Origin: Octopus bimaculoides
Taxonomy: Eukaryota
Length of the DNA stretch: 41,425 nucleotides
Assembly (NCBI RefSeq): GCF_001194135.2
Contig: NC_068981.1
Location: 43,926,964-43,968,388 of the forward strand
Direction of reading: 5' to 3'
In this document: positions 24,222 through 35,178 of the stretch, one piece after another
Layout: each line of letters starts with the position of its first letter
Numbering within the stretch: position 1 is the stretch's first letter
Translations under genes and position numbers: made by a program
Notes under the pieces: model-generated
Told to the model about the DNA's origin: nothing
What the model saw: only the letters and a program-made list of their open reading frames with translations
The model's database searches: none

Positions 24222-24636
24222 TTCTTTTACTCTTTTACTTGTTTCAGTCTTTTGACTGTGGCCATGCTGGAGCACCACCTTTAGTCGAGCAAATCGACAC
24301 CAGGACTTATTCTTTGGAAGCCTAGTACTTATTCTATCGGTCTCTTTTGCTAAACCGCTCAGTTACAGGGACTTAAACACACCAGCATCAGTTGTCAAGC
24401 GATGTTGGGGGGGGGGGGACAAACACAGACACACAAACACACATACATATATATATATATACATATATATACGATGGGCTTCTTTCAGTTTCCGTCTACC
24501 AAATCCACTCACAAGGCTTTGGTCGGCCCGAGGCTATAGTAAAAGACACTTGCCCAAGATACCACGCAGTGGGACTGAACCCGGAACCATGTGGTTGGTA
24601 AGCAAGCTACTTACCACACAGCCACTCCTACGCCTA
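24222..24636 (-). mobile_element. tRNA-derived SINE (octopus OK/OR-like), near full length
   Basis: Head aggcgtaggagtggctgtgtggtaag...ccgggttcagtcccac; matches 10525-10953. Confidence 0.9.
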
Positions 24637-24769
24637 TAGTATATTACATCCTTACATGTTGTGAGAGATAACAAAAAGGTGCTGGTAGCAAGAACAGGGC
24701 ACACAATTGGGAAAAAGGCCTTGAGAAAACCTATCTAACCCATGCTAATATCGGAAAGGAAATGCAAAA

Positions 24770-24873
24770 TGATAATAATGATGATAGTGATGATGATAAT
24801 GACAATGTAGACAATAACAATGATGATGATGGTAATGGTGGCAATTTTAATCATGATGGTAATGATGACGATT

Positions 24874-24905
<32 letters not shown>

Positions 24906-24922
24906 GGTGGTGATAATGATGG
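24770..24922. repeat. (ATG)n/(GTG)n low-complexity tract
   Basis: Seen directly. Confidence 0.9.
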
Positions 24923-25243
24923 CGACACTGTGGCTTGAAATTTCAATTAAGCAGAGCAAAGAAAGTAGAATAAAATTGCTTGGAAATCAAACCTGTTTTA
25001 ATAACATGACTTACGAGCAGTTGTGCATCACTTTACAATACTCACATAATCATATATCAGTATGTTATAATTCAATAGAGGATCACTGTATATAATAAAA
25101 GAATAGTTTAAATATATTTTAGATACTCGTGCAAGGTGTTTCCAAACTAAAGAACAAAGAGACAAGAAAATTTTGCATTCTGCATTTAATAATAATTTTC
25201 CTGACAATAGATACAGTCTTTCCATCTCTGACTGGAATCATAC

Positions 25244-25362
25244 AATTTCCGAAATCACATGATCTTCTGACTCTATGTTGCAGATTGGATTAGTATTATT
25301 TGGTAATGACGTTGGGGTAAAAGTTGCCAAATATTTCCAAAGTTGAAATAAATATATTATTT
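25244..25362 (-). CDS. Candidate host-gene exon (xIIYLFQLWKYLATFTPTSLPNNTNPICNIESEDHVISEI)
   Basis: Acceptor aaattcag| (weak tract), donor GTATGA; phase 0 end joins LLHLLKTNLG. Confidence 0.4.
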
Positions 25363-26449
25363 CTGAATTTGTTCAGTTTATGTTCTCTTGTTAATTTGAG
25401 ATTACAATTCAAAAGGATATGTAAAAAAAAAAAAAAAATTGACAAAGTAAAAATGGCACTGAAATTTCTAAAGCAGGGTCAAAATTTTTTGTATACACTT
25501 CAATGTCTTCTAATTTGCTTCTGCTATAATAGAGGAAAATTAAACTTTTGGAGTGAAACACAATTTTCAGAATGATTAACAATTAACTTGATGTTATTTT
25601 TTCTTCTTCAGAAATAAAAGTTCTTTCAGGCAGTAGCTTCTAGAAACACAAGTAGCTACAGAAATTGCTATCATGCTAATACTGCTATTGTTGTTTATTG
25701 CTATCATGCTAATATTGCTATTGTTGGTTATTCAAAAATGTGTGTGATGATAGCAGTGCTGGTATTGGTTGTATTGGCTTTAGTGCTAGGCATGTGTTGC
25801 TGGTGGCAGTGGTCACATTGTTCTTGATAATTGCATTGTTGCTTAGTTTTCCAATAATCCATTTTCCTATGGTCAAAGACATTTTACTCAACTTTTAAAG
25901 TACATTATAGAACATTATTATCATATGTGATTGCTTTAATTTCAAATGGAGTTGTTTATCTTGTTCATAATATTGTTGTTATAGTTGTTTTGGCCATTAA
26001 AGAAATGATGAGTTAGCAATGACTCTGGTTGCATTGACTTTGGAGTTGTTGATAGTTAATTCTATTTACTAGTAGTACCTAACTCTGGGTTCTACATTGC
26101 TCCTCTATTTTACTACTACATAGTGATATAAGGATCTGGCTGAGATGAATACACTTGCTACACTTTTTACTCCTGACAGTTAACTTATTACTTCATATGC
26201 TTTCCAATAACCCTAAGTATCATGTTTACAAGTTTTGTTTGTCTATCTGCTTGATGATCTTAAATGTACATATATGTGCATGTGTGCACTTTTTGTGTGA
26301 ACAACTGTATGTCTCTATAATTATAAATGAAACTTTGTTCACCAGCATGATTTCAGCTTTCTGGTAGCACAATATCTTAACTCTGCAACCTCCTTGAATT
26401 ACCTCCCATGTCATAGAATAATGTTCATTTGTAAAGTTTTACATCAATA

Positions 26450-27500
26450 CATGGTGTTCCAGAATTAACTATCTATTTCAATGAAATCAGGCAAATTTAA
26501 AAAAAACTGACATAATTTTATTTTTATTACTTAATTATGATACCAAAACAAATAGATTTATAAATCTTACATTAAAACTTTACCAATAATTTTCACCATG
26601 TGCTCTGTCTGTATCCCTGCAAATTTCACATTGTGAAACATGCTGAAGCATTTCAGGAGTAATTGCCTTCATTGCTAATTGAACGCACTCTTTAAGTTCA
26701 GCTAAACTATTGCTCCATTCTGGAAATGGAGGTAGAGAAAATAACTACAGCCAAATTGAAAAGGAGTTATCATGGACAGATGTGTGGGATCATCATCATC
26801 ATCATCATTTAACGTCCGCTTTCCATGCTAGCATGAGTTGGACGGTTTGACTGAGGACTGGTGAAACCAGATGACTACACCAGGCTCCAATCTGATTTGG
26901 CAGAGTTTCTACAGCTGGATGCCCTTCCTAACACCAACCAGTCAGAGAGTGTAGTGGGTGTCACTCACACGAAGGCCAGTCAGGCAGTACTGGCAACGAC
27001 CACGCTCAAAATGGTGTATTTTATGTGCCACCCAAACAAGAGCCATTCCAGGGGCACTGGCAACGATCTCACTCGAAAATCCTTACACATGTCACGGGCA
27101 CAAGTGCTAGAAAGGCGACGCTGGGCACAGGTGTCATGCTGATTTCACTTTTGCTTGCTCCAACAAGTCTTCGCAAACTGAGTTTCGTGTCCAATGAAGG
27201 AGACGACGTTGGCATAGGTGCCAGTCGTCGAATTTAGTTCGATTTCAATTTCACTTGCTTCAACAAGTCTTCACAAGCAGAGTTTAGTGTCCAGTGAAGG
27301 AAAGGTGTGCATTAGTGGGCTGGCTACACCCGAATGAAAATAAAAATACAAAAATAAATTATAAAAATAACAAAATAATAAACAAAATTTAAAATTTATA
27401 CACTTTTAACACATATTAAACATGATAAACATAAGTAAAATCGAATTTAAAAAAATTATCTGATTTCACTGAAACAAATAGTTAATTCTGGGATACTCTG
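26450..27500 (-). mobile_element. Internally deleted Tc1/mariner (DD37D-like) element with ~60-bp TIRs and TA flanks
   Basis: TA|catggtgttccagaattaactatctatttcaatgaaatcag... versus ...ctgatttcactgaaacaaatagttaattctgggatactctg|TA; minus translation SLAELKECVQLAMKAITPEMLQHV..EICRDTDRAH resembles the transposase C-terminus. Confidence 0.8.
26789..27332 (-). mobile_element. RTE-type (GAT)n-tailed repeat nested in the TIR element
   Basis: Same family as 7191-7937. Confidence 0.85.
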
Positions 27501-27635
27501 TATTTTAGTCTTTCATTGCTTTGTAGTATATGTGTATGTAATGGTATGTAGATACATATTAGTATATATAGCCATGTGTATATCAAAGAATATATATGTG
27601 TATATAGCTATTTTATGTATATATGCATGTATATA

Positions 27636-27639
<4 letters not shown>

Positions 27640-27722
<83 letters not shown>
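27640..27722. repeat. (TA)n microsatellite
   Basis: Seen directly. Confidence 0.95.
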
Positions 27723-27727
<5 letters not shown>

Positions 27728-27750
27728 TGCATATGTTTACATATATCTGA

Positions 27751-28090
27751 AGGCACATGGCACAGTGATTAGAGCATCAGGTTCACAATCATGAGGTAGG
27801 GAGTACTGATCCCAGAACTGCGTTATGTGCTTTGTTCTAGAGCAAGACACTTTATTTCATGTTGCTCCAGTTCACTCAGCTATAGAAATGAGTTGTGATG
27901 TCACTGGTACCAAGCTGTATCAGTCTTTGCCTTTTCCTTGGATAACATCAGTGGTATGGAGAGGAGAGGCTGGTATGCATGGGTGACTGCTTGTCTTCCA
28001 TAAACAACCTTTCTCAGACTTGTGCTTTGGTGGGGAAGAGTCTAGGTGCAAACCCATGGCCATTCATGACTAAAGACGGTCTTTACCATT
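27751..28090 (+). mobile_element. tRNA-derived SINE with a CORE-like central segment
   Basis: ggcacatggcacagtgattagagc (A-box-like), agcaagacactttatttc...ccagttcactcagct, and a tail ending ...ggtctttacc. Confidence 0.7.
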
Positions 28091-28386
28091 TTTATATATG
28101 CACCTATAGGTATATGGATATACTTATTTGTTTTGTATACATAGTATCTTTTTCTTCTTCCATGTTTCTGGAATAGTGTGTAACCTACTACCATCACACT
28201 TCTTTGTCTTTATTCCTTTTCTTTTGCACTCTCCACTAAAGTGGATTATTTTCATCTAAGCTGTCGTATACACCTGATGCAATAGTAGTCTGGATGTCTA
28301 CAAGATATTCATAATGTTATGTAAGACACCTTGATGTGTTTGTGAAACTGCTGTGGTACTTGACTACATCTTCCATTCTTTTTATT

Positions 28387-28441
<55 letters not shown>

Positions 28442-28489
28442 GTGTGTGAGTCTGGAGGCACTTATATACATAAGTATGTATGTGGAGAC

Positions 28490-28715
28490 ATGTGACTTAA
28501 TGTTTAGGATGTTGCATGCATGATCATAAGATTGTGAGCTTGATTCCTGGATTGGGTCATGCGTTGTGTTCTTAAACAAAACACTTCATTTCATGTAGTT
28601 TCAGTGCACTCAGCTGGCAAAAATAAACAATCTTGCGACAGACTGGCATCCTGTCCAGTGGGGAAATACATACGCAAGAAAACCTGGGAAACTGGCCTTA
28701 TGAGCCTATGACGCA
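28490..28715 (+). mobile_element. Diverged tRNA-derived SINE
   Basis: Decayed head, aaaacacttcatttc...gcactcagctgg, then gcgacagactggcatcctgtccagtgggg. Confidence 0.55.
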
Positions 28716-28739
28716 GTTTCTTTTTGATATATATTTCAT

Positions 28740-29113
28740 CATTATCATCCTCGTCATTTAACGTCCGCTTTCCATGCTAGCATGGGTTAGACGATTTGAC
28801 TGAGGACTGATGAAACCAGATGGCTACACCAGGCTCCAATCTGATTTGGCAGCGTTTCTACAGCTGGATGCCCTTCCTAATGCCAACCACTCAGAGAATG
28901 TAGTGGGTGCTTTTACGTGCCACCGGCACAAAGGCCGATCAGGCGGTACTGGCAACGGCTACGCTCAAAATGGTGTATTTTATGTACCATCCGCACAAGA
29001 GCCAGTCCAGGAGCACTGGCAACGATCTCGCTCAAAAGTCCTTACACATGCCGCGGGCACAAGTGCCAGAAAGGTGACGCTGGGCACAGGTGCCATCACG
29101 ATTTCGCTTTCGC
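28740..29113 (-). mobile_element. RTE-type (GAT)n-tailed repeat running into a 487-N gap
   Basis: Same family as 7191-7937; Ns at 29114-29600. Confidence 0.85.
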
Positions 29114-29602
29114 NNNNNNNNNNNNNNNNNNNNNNNNNNNNNNNNNNNNNNNNNNNNNNNNNNNNNNNNNNNNNNNNNNNNNNNNNNNNNNNNNNNNNNN
29201 NNNNNNNNNNNNNNNNNNNNNNNNNNNNNNNNNNNNNNNNNNNNNNNNNNNNNNNNNNNNNNNNNNNNNNNNNNNNNNNNNNNNNNNNNNNNNNNNNNNN
29301 NNNNNNNNNNNNNNNNNNNNNNNNNNNNNNNNNNNNNNNNNNNNNNNNNNNNNNNNNNNNNNNNNNNNNNNNNNNNNNNNNNNNNNNNNNNNNNNNNNNN
29401 NNNNNNNNNNNNNNNNNNNNNNNNNNNNNNNNNNNNNNNNNNNNNNNNNNNNNNNNNNNNNNNNNNNNNNNNNNNNNNNNNNNNNNNNNNNNNNNNNNNN
29501 NNNNNNNNNNNNNNNNNNNNNNNNNNNNNNNNNNNNNNNNNNNNNNNNNNNNNNNNNNNNNNNNNNNNNNNNNNNNNNNNNNNNNNNNNNNNNNNNNNNN
29601 AT

Positions 29603-29636
<34 letters not shown>

Positions 29637-29772
29637 ATATGTGTGTATGTGTATGAATGAGTATTGCTGCAAAGCAGTAATGTTTTGAAGTCTGAGTTTG
29701 TACTCTCTTAAATGAAATATTTTACCAGGCTGATGACTACCTTCTACCTGAACTATTAGTTTAAAGCCTCAC

Positions 29773-29884
29773 CATCTAACTTTTCTGCTGACTTTAGAGG
29801 ATAAGAAACTCAACAAGGTCAGAAGTCTGATGTCATTGTCAAAGACTGGTTGAGATGCTTGCCATGAGAAACACTCTTTTAATC
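29773..29884 (-). CDS. Candidate host-gene exon (xLKECFSWQASQPVFDNDIRLLTLLSFLSSKVSRKVR)
   Basis: Acceptor cactcag|, donor TG|GTGAGG; only one frame is open. Its phases do not directly match the neighbouring candidates. Confidence 0.4.
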
Positions 29885-29929
29885 CTGAGTGCTTATTGCC
29901 ATTATTAGTAGTCAGCCTGACTTCTTTGG

Positions 29930-30180
29930 CTATGTATGTATGTATGTATGTATGTATGTGCATGTGCATGCATGTGTGCATACATGCATGTGTGCATACA
30001 TGCATGTGTGCATACATGCATGTGTGCATACATGCATGTGTGCATACATGCATGTGTGCATACATGCATGTGTGCATGCATGCATGTGTGCATGCATACA
30101 TGTGTGCATGCATGCATGTGTGCATGTGTTCGTGCATGTGTGCATGTGCATACATATGTGCATGCATCTGTGTGTGTGTG
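29930..30180. repeat. 16-bp minisatellite (catgtgtgcatacatg)n embedded in an alternating purine-pyrimidine tract
   Basis: Seen directly. Confidence 0.9.
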
Positions 30181-30538
30181 AGTGGAAGTGTAAAGCCTTG
30201 TGGCTAAGATTTTAGACTCACAGTCATAAAGTCATGGGTCCCATTCATTAAACAGGGATCACATCATATCCTTGAGCAAAGCACATCATTTAATTTTATT
30301 CCAGTCAGCTCAGCTGAAAGAATACTACTTAGCTGCTGGTGACATTCACTCAGCCTCCAGCTGTCATATGCTCAACCTATCTCTGGGTCAAGGATGGAAA
30401 GTCCAAGGTTTAAAACCATCAAAAGCTTGTTTATTTTTATGTTTCTTTTATTCATTATTAGTGTTGCTTAATATGTTTTGCTAAAATTGCTGTTTCTTTT
30501 CAGATATCATCAGAAAAAGGTAATTAAAATTCATTAAA

Positions 30539-31580
30539 ATGAGAGATCTATGAGGCTTTCAAAGAAGTCAAACTGTTGGTGCTCGCATGGCAGGCACTAG
30601 TGTAATAAAAACAGTGGAAATGTTTGGTGTATAAAGAAGTTCTGTCTCGAAAGTAATGGCAGCATTTGAGAAAGTGGGAAAACCTCTTTGCTGAAACAAA
30701 ACTGTGGAAGAAAACCAAAACATTCAGATAGGGACTGTTGGATTCGTACATGAATTGTTATAAAGGACCACAAAAGTACAGCTCCCGAATTTACTGCAGA
30801 GCTTAATGACCACCTTGAGAATCCAGTTTCCACAAAAACTGTTTGCCAGGAGCTGCACAAAGCCAGATTTCACGGGAGGGTTGCAATCAGAAAACCACTA
30901 TTTTCAAAAACAAACGTTGCAAAGCATTTAGAGTGGAGTAAAAACCTACAGATTCAGTCCCTAGAGCAGTGGAAAATTGTTATTTTCTTGGACAAGTCAT
31001 CCTTTACTTTATTTCTAACCACTGTCCAAGTATATGTGTGGCAACAGCCAAAAGAAGCATTTAGCCCAGACTGCCTTCTTCCAGTTGTTAAACATGGAGG
31101 AGGATCTGTGATGATCTGGTGTGGGAGGGGCTATATCTTGGAAATCCGCTGGCCCAATAGTTTCGCTTCATGGTAGAACTATTTAAATATTTTATCTGAT
31201 CAAATTCTTTCTATGGTTGCGGAACTGTTTCGGGGTGGGGGGAGGGGTGTGCAATCTTTCAGAATGATAATGCACCAATTCACACAGCTAAAATTGTTAC
31301 TGAAGGGCACGAGGAACATTCTAGTGAAGTTGAACATCTTTATGGTACATTTTAGAAAAACAAGTAAGGAGTCAATATCCTCCACCATCATCACTACAAG
31401 AACTGGAGACTGTTTTAGCTGGAGAATGGACAAAACTTCCTTTGGAAACAATTCAAACTTTGTATGAGTCCATACCTCATAGAATTCAAGCTGTAATTAC
31501 TGCTAAAGGTGGTCTGAACCCATATTAAAATAAATTTGTTTGAAATTTTAATGTGTTTCCATTATTTTGTCCAGCACCTG
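30539..31580 (+). mobile_element. Decayed Tc1-like transposon (transposase pseudogene plus 3' TIR)
   Basis: RVAIRKPLFS, VIFLDKSSF, VKHGGGSVMIW, FQNDNAPIHTAK, IQAVITAKGG; 3' end ttccattattttgtccagcacctg|TA. The SPDLN segment is deleted near 31339 and no 5' TIR is seen. Confidence 0.9.
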
Positions 31581-31616
31581 TACATACATTTAATAAACAC
31601 AGATTCAAATGTGAGA

Positions 31617-31752
31617 TTATGCTTGGAAAATACAGTGATTGGATGAGTTTGTATAGCATGCTATGCTCTACACTGCAAATGATTTCAAGATAGTACACAA
31701 CATGCTATATACTATACAAGCCCTTCAGATTGTTGTATTTTCCAAGCATGAG
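31617..31752. repeat. Small hairpin/MITE-like palindrome
   Basis: Perfect 16-bp IR atgcttggaaaataca (31619-31634) / tgtattttccaagcat (31734-31749), extending imperfectly inward. Confidence 0.7.
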
Positions 31753-31919
31753 ACTAACATTAGTTCACATTGACATCCTGTGTTTATTAAATGATATTTA
31801 TCTCTTGCTGAATGAAATATTTCTTTAGTTGACCCTACCAATAATGGAACAATACACATGTTCTCCGCACTCTCTCTTTCTTCTTTCTCCCTCTCTCTCT
31901 CTGTCTCTCTGTCTGTCTG

Positions 31920-31954
<35 letters not shown>

Positions 31955-32254
31955 TATATTATATATATGGATGCATGTATATATATATGCATCCTTATAT
32001 AAATGTATGTATATAAGTGTTTGTGAATACATGTGTGTGTGTGTATGTGTGTCCATGCATGTACGTATGTATGATTCTTTGCATATGTGGACACATATAC
32101 ATACACAGGCACTCATACAAAACACATACATATACCTGTCACGTATATACACACATGCATTCTTGAATGTATACAGTTTTATAAAGTAGCATGAGTACTT
32201 GTCAAGAAAAGTAACATCAACATCTATATCTTATCTTTACTGTTGTATACATAC

Positions 32255-32330
32255 CTGGAATCGATATCTTCAGACAGAAGATGATTGAAATGCCATCTAT
32301 ATGATGATGAGCTCTTGAGATGATAAATGG
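32255..32330 (-). CDS. Candidate host-gene exon (xIYHLKSSSSYRWHFNHLLSEDIDS)
   Basis: Acceptor ...tatattacag|, donor CAG|GTATGT; phase 1 start fits the 34729-34783 exon. Confidence 0.5.
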
Positions 32331-33090
32331 CTGTAATATAATGATAAATAGCTTTAATGAGAGATCATTCAAAATCTGAACTAAGCACACTAGAGAAAAG
32401 ACCATCTTATACTGAGATCTCATTAAAACTTTAAAGACTATGGCTGGAGTAATTTTTGCAGTATTACTTCTGTATATATAGTGACCAATATGAAATAAAG
32501 TATTGTTTAAATTAAATTACACTAAATATTACATTATTTTTTCAGTCAAAGTTATTTAAGTTTAATGAAAAAATATATAACCCTGTTAATTTTATTTAGA
32601 ATATGTTTACAAAATATATTCTATATTATTCACACTCATTTGAAACCACTTTGAATTTCATGAATTAACTTTTTGACTTTATGGTTTCAATGAAACAGAC
32701 AAACATTTGTCAAAGGTACTTGTAGTGGAATAAACAGTTGATCCAATGACAAGAATTAATACTGCAAGTGAAGCTGTATCTACTTGTCAGATATCACACC
32801 AGATTTAGTTTACATCTCACAAGATCATCTCCAGGAGTCTCTGGAGATTTTGCATTTTCTGTTTGTTTTGTAAGTTATTTTTATTTTTAGATGTTTTTGA
32901 TGTTATTTTATAAAATATTAGTCTTTAAATATTATTAGTCAGGATTTTTCTTGCCGTGGTGAATTTGCAAGATTCATACAGTGAATGATAAACTATGTTA
33001 TATCCAATTCAGTGCTTTACAATCTGAGTTCAATTCTTACTGAGGTTCAGTTTACTGTTCCTCATTTTGGGCCACCAAAATGAGGTACCA

Positions 33091-33124
<34 letters not shown>

Positions 33125-33165
33125 CTACGCCTATTGTCATCAGCACTATTCTTTTCACAAATGGT

Positions 33166-33510
33166 ATAGGCGTAGCAGTGTAGTTAAAGAACTTGTTTCA
33201 CAGTCATATGATAATGGGTTTAGTAGCAGTGCATAGTACTTGGGCTTGTATCTTTTAGCATGGGCTGATTGATACTATGTGAAGGAATTGGTACACAAAA
33301 ACTCTGGGGGAGTGCATTTTGATATATAACTGTGTGTATGAGTGGGTTCGTCACATCTTGGCAACTAGTGTTCATCTGTATATATCTCAGAATAACTATC
33401 AGACTTGACATAAGTACAGGGGTCAATTTGATTGAATAAATCCTTGAAGGCAGTGCTCCAGTATGGTCATTGTCTAGTAACTGAAACAAGTAAAAGAATA
33501 AAAGAAAGAA
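33166..33510 (+). mobile_element. Diverged tRNA-derived SINE
   Basis: Decayed plus-strand copy of the 24222-24636 family, ending ...ctgaaacaagtaaaagaataaaag. Confidence 0.6.
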
Positions 33511-34142
33511 TGATGTGCTTATTTTAGAAATCATATTTCTGTTGCTGCTGCTATTCTTTGATTATGTTTCAATATTTGAAGTTGACATATTAGTGAACTG
33601 TATCTAGGTTCCCTATTCTTGAACACAGTAAGTTGAAAATGACTGATGAGGAGCTTCAGTGAGAATTCTATTAAAGTTTTCTTGAAAAGTTTCAATGGTT
33701 GACTCTATTAAAGTTTCTGATTATATTGGCATCAGTTTAAACATTTATATAACCGTTGCATTGTGTCCTTAAGCAAGGATCATTACTTTGTTTGCTTCAG
33801 TGCATTTGAAAGTTAATGAACTTGATTCGTATCTCAATGCTTGATTGATAGTAAACTGGGCACTAGCATACTTGATGGAGTAAGCCAAGTAATTTTAATT
33901 AATTAAAACTACGCTGTTATTGACATGAACAATCATTATAGAAATGGTTAATTCTCATCAGAAACACAAGGGAGACAACTCAAACATCGTAATTAATTAT
34001 AGTTAAATTCGAAATAAAATTAGGTGTATGTTCTTTAGTAGAGTGCTATCAACTCTGAACATGTTTCAGTCTTATTAAATTTCATTATTTACATTATTTA
34101 CATCTGACGGATATTTGTCCTCTCCTCATCTTGTTTGTTGTT

Positions 34143-34190
34143 AAGACAACGTTTCGGCTGATATACCCTCCAGTTTTCATCAGGTGTCTT
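34143..34190 (-). ncRNA. Degenerate minimal hammerhead motif (left arm)
   Basis: Minus: gacac CTGATGA A aactg-gagggtatat-cagcc GAAAC GTT gtct; stem II is partly mutated. Confidence 0.45.
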
Positions 34191-34347
34191 AGGGAAATTT
34201 CGAAGCAGGGTTCTCATTCCTAAGGCAATGGGCATATGGTGTAGTGGTTAAGAGCGCAGGTTACTAACCCCAAGATTTCGAGTTCGATTCCAGGTAGTGA
34301 CCTGAATAGTAATAATAATAATAATAATAACAATAATAATAATAATG

Positions 34348-34408
<61 letters not shown>

Positions 34409-34487
34409 CAACAACAACAACAACAACAACACCAATAACAGCGAAAAATACCTTAGGAATGAGGACCAAGGTTCGAAATTTCTCCAA

Positions 34488-34533
34488 AACCCCTGATGAA
34501 GGCTGGTGGGTATATCAGCTGAAACTTTGTGTT
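34488..34533 (+). ncRNA. Degenerate minimal hammerhead motif (right arm)
   Basis: CTGATGA(34493-99) A ggctg-gtgggtatat-cagct GAAAC ttt gtgt; stem II is intact, stem III is mutated. Confidence 0.45.
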
Positions 34534-34728
34534 AACAACAAACAAGATGTGGACAAATATCCATCAAATGTAAATAATGTAAATAATGTGCATAGTTCCT
34601 CATCTCTTAAATACAGAACTGTATTATTAAATTTCATCTATAAATGCTTATGGAAATATGATTTTTGATAATGAACTATGAGTGAACCAGTGGTGTTATA
34701 ATTTAAAAGGATAACAAGAGAAAATTAC

Positions 34729-34783
34729 CCTGGAAGAGCAAGCTAAGATTTGATTGATGAGAGGAATGATATTCCACTCCAGG
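34729..34783 (-). CDS. Candidate host-gene exon (PGVEYHSSHQSNLSLLFQ, or in another frame xLEWNIIPLINQILACSSR)
   Basis: Strong acceptor attttcctatcatctctag|, donor G|GTAATT. Confidence 0.5.
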
Positions 34784-35178
34784 CTAGAGATGATAGGAAA
34801 ATATATCATCACCTTTATATTATAACCAAACTTTGTTCCTCTAAGCTGACTTCTCCTTCCACTAAACCTTTCTATCTCTGTTGGTATGTATATCAAAAAA
34901 GGAAACTATACAACAATATACTTGGTCCCAAAAATGGGTTACTATGATTGTGTGAACAGTTAATATAATAACTGAAATTAATCATAAGATCTTTTTCATC
35001 TTTCAGAATTTCATTAAAAACACTAATGTTTTTTCCATCTAGAAACCTGTTGACTCTGTCTGATATAGGATGCTTCAGCTAAAATTGTTTGTTTATTGGC
35101 TCCCTTGACTTAACAACTCTTGAGTCACTATTTTGTTTCCTCTCAGGTCACTATTTTGTAGTGTATCTTGACCAGGTT

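Larger units (their letters stand above)
34083..34623 (+). mobile_element. tRNA-headed (AAT)n element flanked by ~140-bp inverted Penelope-like arms
   Basis: Arms 34083-34225 and 34451-34589 are reverse complements. Between them are an A box (34237-47), a B box GTTCGATTCC (34282-91) and (AAT)n/(AAC)n. Confidence 0.8.

Noticed and set aside
26583-26720. Exon-like open frame with a good acceptor
   Set aside because: The peptide matches a Tc1/mariner transposase C-terminus and lies inside TIRs.
28810-29688. Longest ORFs in the track (188-292 aa)
   Set aside because: They span the 487-N gap; the real bases are an RTE-type repeat and a TA microsatellite.
29769-30215. Multiple 70-130-aa His/Met/Cys-rich ORFs (also the YI, HT, CV, poly-N/I/L ORFs elsewhere)
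   Set aside because: They are translations of micro- and minisatellites, which lack stop codons.
34227-34302. tRNA-like sequence
   Set aside because: It has A/B boxes but no convincing acceptor stem and runs into (AAT)n, so it is treated as a SINE head rather than a tRNA gene.
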